A stretch of 64,000 nt of DNA from Phycisphaerae bacterium (GTDB lineage: Bacteria > Planctomycetota > Phycisphaerae > UBA1845): NCBI GenBank assembly GCA_022072505.1, contig JAJVHU010000022.1, positions 87,603 through 151,602 on the forward strand, read 5' to 3'. The stretch's first letter is position 1. The number at the start of each line of letters is the position of its first letter. The notes below the pieces were generated by a model. It was given only the letters and a program-made list of their open reading frames with translations, was not told the origin of the DNA and searched no databases. Positions 1 to 8,062 of this stretch are shown piece by piece. Made by a program: the position numbers and the translations under genes.

Positions 1-173
1 GCCGCCGCGGCCTTCGGATCGCCCAGCATCGACACCAGCTTGTAATCCACGACGTCGATCAGCGCCCGGGCGGTCATCGTCAGCACGGTCGGGACGGCCA
101 TCGCGATGACGCCGCGCAGCTCCGACCGCGCGTCGCGGGAGGAAAGCTCAGGGGTCGCCGTCGAAGTGGACAT
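1..173 (-). CDS. MATE-family efflux transporter, N-terminal fragment (runs off window)
   Basis: Manual translation from ATG at 173: MSTSTATPELSSRDARSELRGVIAMAVPTVLTMTARALIDVVDYKLVSMLGDPKAAA; resembles the MATE N-terminal pattern (LAxP..., D..MV..LG..A.AA). Partial. Confidence 0.55.
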   Translation of the reverse strand, partial: MSTSTATPELSSRDARSELRGVIAMAVPTVLTMTARALIDVVDYKLVSMLGDPKAAA

Positions 174-202
174 CGGTTCCGTGCGCTCCCGAAGATCCGG
201 CG

Positions 203-1057
203 TCAGACCGGCGTCCCGTCCGCATGTGACGCTTCCGACGGGGGAGCGGGCGCCTCGCCCACGGTGACCAGCAGCGGCATCAGCAGGTTGATCTTGCGCT
301 GGCGGACCCCGACGAACCCCGCCTGCTCGAAAAGACGGCGCACGAGCGACCACGGCGCGTGATGCACGTTCTTCTCGATCCGCTGGATGATGACGTCGAA
401 GACGAACCAGCCGACGGCGTTGTCCCGGAATCCGTCGATGAGCACGAGCCTCCCGCCGGGGGCGAGCACGCGGCGCATCTCGCCGACGACGGCGTCCTGA
501 TGCGGGTAATGATGAAACGAGTTCGAACACGTCACCACGTCGAACGACCCGTCCGCAAAAGGCAGATGCTCGCTGTCGGCGTTGACCACGTCCGCCGGGC
601 GGTCCGGGCGCACGCGCTCCGCCTTGTCGCGGGCCTTGCGGCACATGCTGGGCACGAAATCCAGCGCCGTGATCCTCGCCGGCCAGTCCGCCGAGGCGAC
701 CAGGGCCGCGAACGAACCGGTTCCGCAACCGATGTCCAGCAGGCGGAAGGGCTTCGGCTCGCCGCCGCACCACTCCGCGATCTCCCCCAACAGCGCCAGG
801 TACGCGGGACGGAACAGGAACGTATTCAGCAGGGATCGATCGTAGGTCTCCGCCCAACCGTGAAACTGGCGATCGGCCCCGGAACGAAACGCATGCGCCC
901 GGCGCCTGGCGTCGTCGGACCCCGAACCGGCGACCGAGGCGCCGTGCGCTGGAGCGGTGGCGCTGGGCGCGGCGGGGGAGATGGGCGCGGCAGTGGCGCT
1001 GGGCGCGGCGTCTTCCTGCGGCGGCGATGAGGTGGAGTTCGGATTGACCACGATCAT
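203..1057 (-). CDS. Class I SAM-dependent methyltransferase (UbiE/Methyltransf_11-like)
   Basis: Motifs LLDIGCGTGSF, ITALDFVPSM, LPFADGSFDVVTC, RVLAPGGRLVLID. Start placed at ATG 1057 behind GAAGAGG; ORF track start 1159 is probably too far upstream. Confidence 0.85.
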   Translation of the reverse strand: MIVVNPNSTSSPPQEDAAPSATAAPISPAAPSATAPAHGASVAGSGSDDARRRAHAFRSGADRQFHGWAETYDRSLLNTFLFRPAYLALLGEIAEWCGGEPKPFRLLDIGCGTGSFAALVASADWPARITALDFVPSMCRKARDKAERVRPDRPADVVNADSEHLPFADGSFDVVTCSNSFHHYPHQDAVVGEMRRVLAPGGRLVLIDGFRDNAVGWFVFDVIIQRIEKNVHHAPWSLVRRLFEQAGFVGVRQRKINLLMPLLVTVGEAPAPPSEASHADGTPV

Positions 1058-1269
1058 GACGACCTCTTCGCGCGCCCCGACGCCCCGACCTTTGAACCCT
1101 CGTCCCGTGCCTCCGGCGCCATCAGCCGCCCGGATGAAACGCCGCGGAACACGGAGCAAACCCGCGCAAGGGGCTTCAGGAACGTGAACCGACCGATGAG
1201 TCTATCCGCACGCATGCCTCTCGCCGAGGGCCTCCAGCCCAACGCGGCGAACCTCGGGGTCAGATAGCG

Positions 1270-1590
1270 CTATTCAATCTCGATCTGATAGCTGACGACC
1301 CACGGTTCCAACTGCTCCAGGCGGACCTTCCAACGGTCCTTGTATTCTTTGACCCAGTTCCGGTTTTCATCAGAATCGGGGACGTCGACGACCACGCGGA
1401 CAAGGTCATCGCGGTAGGTGACGCTACCCTGACGCCAGTGCCCTTCGACTTTTTGTGTTTCGTAGCTTGCCGCCCCAAATCGCCCCACGATTTCGAGCAC
1501 GGCTTCGGCAAGCCACTCCGCCGGAACTTCCCTCCCGTCGTTAAACCGAAGTGGAAGCAGAACCTCGAACCGCCGCCAACTGCTGTTCTT
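1270..1590 (-). pseudogene. Small TA-like hypothetical protein lacking a start codon (AAG where ATG expected)
   Basis: Coherent frame NSSWRRFEVLLPLRFNDGREVPAEWLAEAVLEIV...VSYQIEIE*; no usable start; AAG at 1590-1588. Confidence 0.55.
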
Positions 1591-1762
1591 AGGTCGCTTT
1601 TCCCTTGACCAGGAACGTGATGTTCTCCCCCGCAAGCGCTTCCAACGCCGCTTCCGGAACCAGGTGCTCCCCGGACTGGGTGACACGTCCCGAGAATCGT
1701 CCGAGGAGGAAGCCCAGCGCTCGTTTCTCCGTGTCTCGATCAGGGAATGTTATGGTGACCAT
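1541..1762 (-). pseudogene. Small partner protein of the 1270 ORF, truncated by TAA at 1591-1589
   Basis: ATG 1762 with GGAGAGG upstream; MVTITFPDRDTEKRALGFLLGRF...VKGKAT*; frame continues EQQLAAVRGSASTSV* to 1541. Confidence 0.55.
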
Positions 1763-1842
1763 TGTTCGCCTTGCCTCTCCGGACATTCTCCACACCGCGT
1801 CTCGCAAGATCGTTTCGGACGTTTCCGGCCCGACCCGCGAAG

Positions 1843-1851
1843 ATTATACCA
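1843..1851 (-). promoter_or_regulatory. Extended -10 promoter element TGGTATAAT
   Basis: Perfect TGnTATAAT on minus strand, about 80 nt upstream of ATG 1762 and just downstream of a gcdH-end copy. Confidence 0.5.
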
Positions 1852-1870
1852 CGAGCGCCATGAGATTGCC

Positions 1871-2028
1871 TCAAAACGCCCCATGCCGCGTGATCTCCCG
1901 GCCCACGATGAGCCGGTGAATCGACTCCGTCCCTTCATACGTAATGACGCTCTCCAGGTTCAGCGCGTGGGGGATGGGGCAGCATTCGATGCTGATCCCC
2001 CCGCGTCGAGCAACTCCCGCGCGTCGCG
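1871..2028 (-). repeat. Copy of the last 53 codons of gcdH (8063-8221) with a 1-nt deletion
   Basis: Direct alignment; encodes ...[39 protein letters not shown]. Confidence 0.95.
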
Positions 2029-2039
2029 TTACAGGATCA

Positions 2040-2258
2040 TCAGGAGCTTGTCGGCGTCTTAAGCAAACTCCCGGCCACGTTCTGAACCTTTCTTATCGCC
2101 TCGCGATCGTAGACTCGTTCGCCGCACACGGGGCATTCGTAGAACTCGACGCCGGAAACCGAATAGGGTTCCCCGCATCGTTCGCCTTGTACGGTTTTCT
2201 TGACTGCGCGAATGCGCGAACTTCCGCAGGTCGGGCACTCTTTGATTTTGATCCTCAT
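2040..2258 (-). CDS. YgiT/MqsA-type zinc-finger antitoxin-like protein
   Basis: CPTCG ... [10 protein letters not shown] motif pair; lies downstream of a DUF4258-like gene. Confidence 0.75.
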   Translation of the reverse strand: MRIKIKECPTCGSSRIRAVKKTVQGERCGEPYSVSGVEFYECPVCGERVYDREAIRKVQNVAGSLLKTPTSS

Positions 2259-2267
2259 GCTGTTTTT

Positions 2268-2579
2268 TCACTCGCTACGCTTCGAGGAAATCAGAAAGTA
2301 ATATACGTCGGCCTCCGCATGTCGGACAATCTTGCCCTTGGTGTAGATGGCCATCCCCCCAAGATTGGTGCCTTCGATGACATACAGGTATTCGCGCCGG
2401 TGAGTCCGGCGGGAACTCGTTGAGCGAAGTCGTTTATGAATCGCCACGGCGTTAACGATCGCTTCCACCACGTCCAGCTCGGTCAGGCCGTCGGCATCCA
2501 TCTCAAGCCGGGCCTTCTCGCTGAAAGCGTATCTTCCGGTCAGCACGAGTCGTTTGATTGTAACAAGTGTGTCGGCCAA
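2268..2579 (-). CDS. DUF4258-like (RelE-fold-type) putative toxin
   Basis: YAFSEKARLEMDADGLTELDVVEAI pattern and pairing with YgiT-type zinc finger; probable TTG start at 2579. Confidence 0.6.
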   Translation of the reverse strand: MADTLVTIKRLVLTGRYAFSEKARLEMDADGLTELDVVEAIVNAVAIHKRLRSTSSRRTHRREYLYVIEGTNLGGMAIYTKGKIVRHAEADVYYFLISSKRSE

Positions 2580-2614
2580 AGTCGCGTCCCCGCAAGCACA
2601 CGGTGCGCCGCGCT

Positions 2615-2750
2615 TCAAAACGCCCCATGCCCGGTAATCTCCCGGCCCACGATGAGCTGGTGGATCGACTCCGTTCCCTCATACGTGATCACGCTCTCCA
2701 GGTTCAGCGCATGCCGGACCGGGCGGCATTCGATGCTGATGCCGACGGCG
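2615..2750 (-). repeat. Copy of the last about 45 codons of gcdH
   Basis: Direct alignment; encodes [44 protein letters not shown]. Confidence 0.95.
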
Positions 2751-2940
2751 CGGATTCCGTCTGTTCCGCAGCGGATCGAGCTTCCCTAAGTTTTTCCGCG
2801 AGGATGAGCGCGAGTTCCGGGCATTTCTCGATCTCGGCCTGCACCCGTCGCTGACGGTCCTCAGGGTCGGCCTTGACCCGTTCGCTCCCGAGACGATCCC
2901 TGATGGCTCGAAGCGTGGCAACATAACTCTTCTCAGTCAT
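2704..2940 (-). CDS. Small hypothetical protein whose 3' end runs into the gcdH-end copy
   Basis: ATG behind GAGGG; helical charged sequence; last 15 or so codons read the gcdH copy out of frame. Confidence 0.4.
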   Translation of the reverse strand: MTEKSYVATLRAIRDRLGSERVKADPEDRQRRVQAEIEKCPELALILAEKLREARSAAEQTESAPSASASNAARSGMR

Positions 2941-3013
2941 CCCTCGATCACCCCCACCGGAGTGTCAGTAGCGATCGCAAACGCTATCCATCGGCAGGAT
3001 GCGCCCGCGCAAC

Positions 3014-3214
3014 TCACTTGGTTCGCGTATTTGGCGCGGGTTCCGGGGCTTGACCGTGATCCTCCTTGGCCCGGCGCAGGGCTTCCAGGAACCGAGCACT
3101 GCCCTCCTGGAAGAATTCGATCTCCTCCTGCGGCGTCATGCCTCGTACTCGACGGCGGATTTCCTCCTGTGCCTTTCGTTTCATGTCCACGCAATCAAAC
3201 GTCTTCGTCTTCAT
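3014..3214 (-). CDS. Small antitoxin-like hypothetical protein
   Basis: MKTKTFDCVDMKRKAQEEIRRRVRGMTPQEEIEFF; start overlaps end of PIN gene. Confidence 0.65.
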   Translation of the reverse strand: MKTKTFDCVDMKRKAQEEIRRRVRGMTPQEEIEFFQEGSARFLEALRRAKEDHGQAPEPAPNTRTK

Positions 3215-3668
3215 ATTCAATGACCTCCGCAGGGGAGCGGATCTCCACCGCCCGATATCCATGAAGCTGATTGACCGCATTATACATGCGGGCCTTGTCG
3301 ATATGAACGATGTGCCGGAAGTTCCAGCTTACGATCAGGTCGGCTCCGCCGACCACTGCGGAAGCCACATGAGCGGCGTCATCCGCGGATTTGACGCCCA
3401 GGATGCCCGCTTTGAGGTACGCATCGCGCAGGGCCATCACTTCCCGTGTAAAGGCAACAAACGTCATCAAATGCAATTGTTGATCGAAAAAACCGCGAAC
3501 GTGGTCAGGCGCCCGTTCGATCTCCCGACGAAGCACGTCGGAGACCAGCAACCGGAACCGTCCGCCACCCGCCAGATTGAAGAATGATCGACTCGCCTCC
3601 GAAAACTCCTCGTCGAAGACGCCTCCATAAACGGAAGTATCGGCATAAGTCACAAGCCCCAGCTTCAC
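3195..3668 (-). CDS. PIN-domain (VapC-like) ribonuclease
   Basis: YADTSV ... E ... DDAAHVASA ... IVSWNFRH acidic PIN motifs. Confidence 0.8.
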   Translation of the reverse strand: MKLGLVTYADTSVYGGVFDEEFSEASRSFFNLAGGGRFRLLVSDVLRREIERAPDHVRGFFDQQLHLMTFVAFTREVMALRDAYLKAGILGVKSADDAAHVASAVVGGADLIVSWNFRHIVHIDKARMYNAVNQLHGYRAVEIRSPAEVIEYEDEDV

Positions 3669-3906
3669 GTCGATAGGTCTCCGAGCGTAAACCCCGAATC
3701 AGGGCCTTCCTCAAGGGGTCTTGGCACTGAAGAACAACCTCGCCATCAAGAATCCTCGCGGCGTAGCGCATGGGAGTTGGCGCCGGTCCAGCGTACTCGC
3801 CAAGTTGCGACGCCCCGATGGGCATCCTCCCGCTCGCGGCAAACACGGCCTCGCCGAGCGAGACCGCGCCACCCGACCGCAACGAGTTTGCATGGAGGCA
3901 ACCGGG

Positions 3907-4581
3907 TCACCACTCGTAGCCTTGGTCCTCCGCGATCGCATACAAAGTTATCATGCCGATGAGCAGCATGGTGACGCGGTTGTATCCCGACGCATCACCT
4001 GATTGCCGAGCCTCGTTTTGCTGTTTCGCGAGTTCACCCAGGAAAGGCATGGCCGGCAGAGCTTCTTCATATCTCTTGTTCCACTCCGCAGTCGTACCAC
4101 CTGTTTCTGCTACCACGAGAGAGGTAAATCGTTCGATGAACGAGCGCGAGTCGATCCGGCTAAAAAACTCTCGCAATTCCATTTTCGGTTTCTCCCGCAT
4201 TTGGGTTCTTGCCCAGGACGTAAACGACTCTTTGTTAAGATTCCCCTCCGCAAGCCGCCTGATCATAGGCTCGGCTTCGTCAGGCGTGGCGTCGAACGCC
4301 CAGCCGTTGTCGGCGAGGAAGGCGATCATCGCCGCCGTCGCCGCGCGCTTGTTACCGTCCACGAAAGGATGATTCATGCAGACGTGGAACGCGTACGCCG
4401 CCGCCATGGCCTGAATGTCCGGGTGGAGGTATGCGCCGGCGAATTGCTGTCTGGGCATGGCCATCGCCGACTCCAATCCCCCACGATCGCGAATGGATGG
4501 GTTACCCCCCTGATCTTCGATGGCAATGGCGTGGAGCGCCAGAATATCCTCGATGGCCAGGAAGCGCGGGCCGGCGTTCAC
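3907..4581 (-). CDS. Fic/Doc (death-on-curing) family toxin with C-terminal extension
   Basis: Fic motif HPFVDGNKRAA; N-terminal IRDRGGLESAMAMP typical of Doc. Confidence 0.85.
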   Translation of the reverse strand: MNAGPRFLAIEDILALHAIAIEDQGGNPSIRDRGGLESAMAMPRQQFAGAYLHPDIQAMAAAYAFHVCMNHPFVDGNKRAATAAMIAFLADNGWAFDATPDEAEPMIRRLAEGNLNKESFTSWARTQMREKPKMELREFFSRIDSRSFIERFTSLVVAETGGTTAEWNKRYEEALPAMPFLGELAKQQNEARQSGDASGYNRVTMLLIGMITLYAIAEDQGYEW

Positions 4582-4790
4582 TTGGCGAGCCTTCGCATCA
4601 ATTCGCCGTGCTTTCCGAACACTTCACGCACATGCCGATCCAGACGCGCGGAATCGCAACCCGGCAGGAGCCGAGCATGGAGGTATCGGATGTAGGCTGA
4701 AAGCGACAGGTTCAGTTTGGCGGCCTCAGTTTCGAGTTGACGCCGAAGCTCCGGCGTCGCCTGGAACTGGATGGTTTCCGTGGTGGACAT
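4578..4790 (-). CDS. Ribbon-helix-helix-type antitoxin
   Basis: IQFQATPELRRQLETEAAKLNLSLSAYI; 4-nt overlap with Doc gene. Confidence 0.65.
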   Translation of the reverse strand: MSTTETIQFQATPELRRQLETEAAKLNLSLSAYIRYLHARLLPGCDSARLDRHVREVFGKHGELMRRLAK

Positions 4791-4884
4791 CTCGTTTAGT
4801 CTGCCCCTAAATTATCTGAAAATCAAGCCTCGCGCCCCTCTGGCCGGAATGATCCCGCCGCGTTCCCTTCCTCGTGGGGCTGGT

Positions 4885-4950
4885 TTATTCTAGCCTCCTG
4901 ATTCCACGCACGCCACGTTCATCCATCCCGATCCCCCCAAACGCCCCTCT
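4885..4950 (-). repeat. Degenerate copy of gcdH stop region + leader + first codons of brnT
   Basis: Shares ACGCACG...CGTTCATCCA...AAACGCCCC with 8026-8075; encodes MRGIRRLE* vs MRRIRRLEW of brnT. Confidence 0.6.
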
Positions 4951-5110
4951 ACCTCGTGATCTGGCGGTCGCGACGGGCCTCATGGCGAAGAAATTTAAAA
5001 CGTCGAGGCGACGACCCGACCTACGAAGACTGAATAAACCTCAAAGTGTCGGCTCATGACTCGACCCACGAAGACTTGATCCGGACGGTTCGCAACGTTG
5101 GCTCGATCGT

Positions 5111-5884
5111 TCAAAGCCATGGCATGCGGGTCTTGTCCAAGCTTCCATCGTCTCGGATGAAATCCGCGTGGTTTATGCAAATGCTAGCTTTATGGCCATC
5201 ACCGCCAGCTTCATACACGAAGCCACAGACATTCCAATCCTGTTGCCCGCTCTTCTGATAGAATGCCATGCAACCACTCATTCCGCTTAGAGAACCGAAG
5301 TCCGCCAAATGAGGGTTCGCTTTCCGAATGCGACGTTCGAGTTGCTCGTCGACGAGCATTACCTGACGGTCTGAAACGCTGGACACGAAATCACAGATCG
5401 CGGTCAGTCGACACTCAAGTCCCCTTTTCGAGACTTCTCGGTGCAATTCCGGAAATCCGACGAGAAACACGATGTCTCCCTTGCTTGGACGAGGTGGCGG
5501 CCAGCCGCCAGGCCGATAGAAGTGCTTTCCCCCTTTCTCGATTCTCTCGATGAAATGAGTATCCGGGAATTCGAGGACCGCCAAGTCGACGCCCAATTCC
5601 CTGACGACACAAGCCGACGAAATATCGAGCGGTCGCTGCTCCGACCCACATGTCACCGCTAGAATTGCGGCTGGGTTGTTCCGCCGCTCGTGTTCAAAGG
5701 CATCGATGACGTGGGAGTTTGTAATCAGCAGCTTTTTCACGCCCGTGTGAAGAAACGAAATCGTGCCATTCCGCAGCGCGCTTTCCGCCCCTTCCTTGTT
5801 GCGAAGGATAAGGGCCATGCCAACATACGGGCTGAATAGCGATATCCCCTTCTCCATTTTGGACATAAACTGATTGTCGTCCAC
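5111..5884 (-). CDS. Stand-alone trypsin-like serine protease
   Basis: Triad motifs in order: LITNSHV (His), VDLAVL (Asp), GMSGC (Ser). Probable GTG start at 5884 behind AAGGA. Confidence 0.6.
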   Translation of the reverse strand: MDDNQFMSKMEKGISLFSPYVGMALILRNKEGAESALRNGTISFLHTGVKKLLITNSHVIDAFEHERRNNPAAILAVTCGSEQRPLDISSACVVRELGVDLAVLEFPDTHFIERIEKGGKHFYRPGGWPPPRPSKGDIVFLVGFPELHREVSKRGLECRLTAICDFVSSVSDRQVMLVDEQLERRIRKANPHLADFGSLSGMSGCMAFYQKSGQQDWNVCGFVYEAGGDGHKASICINHADFIRDDGSLDKTRMPWL

Positions 5885-5889
5885 GATTG

Positions 5890-6102
5890 TTATTCCTTGA
5901 CCATTCGTCGGTTCTCGATCGACCGAACGATGTCGTCCAAGGTCAGAGGGTCGAGCCACTGATGCCGTTCCGCCGTGTAGTCACCGCGCCCGGGGTCGAA
6001 CATCCGCAGGAACCGGATCATGCCGGCCGGGCCCAGTCGTTCGTTCAGGGCCTCCAGTCCGGCGCGACGGACTTCGGGGTCGGATAGAACTGGATGGGTC
6101 AT
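5890..6102 (-). CDS. Small antitoxin-like protein
   Basis: EVRRAGLEALNERLGPAGMIRFLRMFDPGRGDYTAERHQWL; ATGA overlap with PIN pseudogene stop. Confidence 0.7.
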   Translation of the reverse strand: MTHPVLSDPEVRRAGLEALNERLGPAGMIRFLRMFDPGRGDYTAERHQWLDPLTLDDIVRSIENRRMVKE

Positions 6103-6523
6103 AATCCAATCACCTCTGTTATCCATTGAACTGGATTCTCAACGCGAACGGACAGTTTACCTCTCATGCGCTTGGCCAACTTCAGCAGAGAATCATCCGT
6201 GGTCAGGAAAACCTCGCAGGCCGAATTCTCGGAACACGCAACATGGAGCGCGTCCATCGGCCCGAACCCATCGGCGACGAGCTTTCCGGCGCGTTTCACG
6301 ATCGAATCCGACAATGTCGCGTTTTCATCGGCCAGCGGAGTAAAGCCAAGACCTTGCTTCGTCGCTCCTCGTCCGGGTTCGCATTGATTTCCCGCAGCAC
6401 GGCGTCACTGACAATCCAGATGAGTTTCCCTTTCTGCGCGAGACGAAAGATCGACTCAACGGCATCGCTTTCCACGCGAATTCGTTCCTACGACTGATCG
6501 TCGAAGGGTCGGCTCAGGCAGCA
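6099..6523 (-). pseudogene. PIN-domain toxin pseudogene
   Basis: CCLSRPFDDQS*ERIRVE...DALHVAC...FLTTDD; no start, in-frame TAG at 6490-6488, frameshift near 6340. Confidence 0.8.
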
Positions 6524-6571
6524 CGGATCGGGCAGCATTCGATGCTGATCCCGCCGGCGCCGAGCAGGTCG
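6524..6571 (-). repeat. 48-bp internal fragment of the gcdH 3' region
   Basis: Matches about 8163-8210 with one silent change (GGC to GGG). Confidence 0.9.
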
Positions 6572-6592
6572 GGAGCTTTGGTCTGCGCGCCA

Positions 6593-7468
6593 TCAGATGC
6601 GGTCACTCCGCGGGTACACCAGGTTCATCGATCGGTTCAGGTCCGGATGCTCATCGAGAATCCGCCCGGTTACGTATTTGATCCAAGTTCCAAGAACGAA
6701 TCGCCGTTCCTTGTTCCACGAGTGCTGAATCGCAACAAGTCGAACCTGCTTCGGCGACCAGCCGCCAAGGGCAGAGGACTTCGGGTCGGCGATTCGCCAA
6801 ATCCCACAACCGCTTACACCGTGGATTCTGGGCAAGCGCACGCCAGTACCGCTTTTGATTTCAACCCCATCCTGAGTAAAGTTCAGCGCGACGTGCACGT
6901 TGGGATCGAAGATAGAATCAACTTGAAAACTCCCTTCATAAGGGGTCGAGAAATAAGCCAAGGGCTTCTCCGCGACACCGGTCGGGCAACCGGTCGTCCA
7001 TGCCCGCGGATAGCCCACGATCATGTACCAACCTTGACCGTCGTCGTTGTGACCAACCCGGTCATGACGAAGAAATGCCTTCGTGGCCTTGAGGTGCTCG
7101 ACGGTCTCGAGGTCCAACTCGATGGCGCAGATATCGCGTGCTGATCGCTTGGAAGCCTCGGTGCCACGAAACCAGCACTCGGGCCCGCACAAGGGGACTG
7201 GCAATGAGTCGAGTTCGCCCCTCGAGACGTAGAGAGGAATCTGAGCATTGATTGCGTCTGCGAAAGTACGTCCGTCGTCTCCGACGTGGGAAGCCGTTAG
7301 GATGAAGTGGCGATCAGCAATGGCGTACAGCACGCCACTGCGATCGTGTCTGACTTGATCATCCTGAACGGTCCAGATGCCAACCGTATGTCGTTCGATG
7401 CCGGGAAGGCACTCGGTTTCAATCTTCTTGATAAAAGCGGTCATTCGTGGAAATGTTTCTTGTGACAT
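6593..7468 (-). CDS. Stand-alone trypsin-like serine protease
   Basis: ILTASHV (His), RDICAIEL (Asp), GVSGCGIW (Ser); ATG 7468. Confidence 0.6.
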   Translation of the reverse strand: MSQETFPRMTAFIKKIETECLPGIERHTVGIWTVQDDQVRHDRSGVLYAIADRHFILTASHVGDDGRTFADAINAQIPLYVSRGELDSLPVPLCGPECWFRGTEASKRSARDICAIELDLETVEHLKATKAFLRHDRVGHNDDGQGWYMIVGYPRAWTTGCPTGVAEKPLAYFSTPYEGSFQVDSIFDPNVHVALNFTQDGVEIKSGTGVRLPRIHGVSGCGIWRIADPKSSALGGWSPKQVRLVAIQHSWNKERRFVLGTWIKYVTGRILDEHPDLNRSMNLVYPRSDRI

Positions 7469-7505
7469 CCTTGACTCTTCAGAACTTCGAGAATTGGACC
7501 GCAAT

Positions 7506-7757
7506 TCATCCGATCTCCGTCAACCGCTCCTTCAACCATCGCTGCACAAGCCTCTGCGGCGTCGTGCGTCGTCGCTTGGCTTCCAACAGCACGCGACGCC
7601 ACACAGCGCTGCCGAGTTCGATCACTCCGTTCTCGGGTCGCACGAACACTGTTGAGGTGTCCTCTTCCAGTTCGTCCAGGAACTCTGTCACCTCGTGCCC
7701 GTCCCAGAAAGCGGCCTCTTCGGCTTCGGATTTGAACTTTGGGATTTTGGATTTCAT
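7506..7757 (-). CDS. brnA: BrnA/CopG-family antitoxin
   Basis: IPKFKSEAEEAAFWDGH motif; ATGA overlap with brnT. Confidence 0.7.
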   Translation of the reverse strand: MKSKIPKFKSEAEEAAFWDGHEVTEFLDELEEDTSTVFVRPENGVIELGSAVWRRVLLEAKRRRTTPQRLVQRWLKERLTEIG

Positions 7758-8032
7758 CGTTGTGTACTCCGCCTTCGGTAATATCGCTTTTCCTTGTCGG
7801 TCATATTCCGGGCCGTAATGCACCGCGCTAGTCCGTGGGCTTTGAATCGCAGAACGACGACAAGATGCCGCCCGGCGTGCGTCTGTCCAAGTGCAACGTG
7901 AGATCCCTGCCGGGATCGCACGAGCATCGGGCGCGCGAAACAAACTTCCTCCACCTCCTCGGGTGAAACGCCGTGCCGGGCGATGTGCTCCTCATTATGC
8001 TCATCCCATTCAAGGCGACGTATTCTACGCAC
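7754..8032 (-). CDS. brnT: BrnT-family ribonuclease toxin
   Basis: EWDEHNEEHIARHGVSPEEVEE ... GQTHAGRHLVVV ... ITARNM. Confidence 0.85.
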   Translation of the reverse strand: MRRIRRLEWDEHNEEHIARHGVSPEEVEEVCFARPMLVRSRQGSHVALGQTHAGRHLVVVLRFKAHGLARCITARNMTDKEKRYYRRRSTQR

Positions 8033-8062
8033 GATTGGCCTCGTTCATCCAGAAGCGGGTTC

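Noticed and set aside
3669-3906. A fifth gcdH-end copy or a gene between Doc and PIN (ORF 3505-3882)
   Set aside because: No alignable similarity to gcdH and no recognisable protein motif.
6488-6490. Programmed readthrough (pyrrolysine/selenocysteine) at in-frame stops in toxins
   Set aside because: Same gene also has a frameshift and no start; stop replaces a Gln codon (CAG to TAG); simple decay is more parsimonious.
1270-8062. Classical integron cassette array
   Set aside because: No intI and no attC-like long imperfect palindromes between cassettes; separators are coding-sequence copies.
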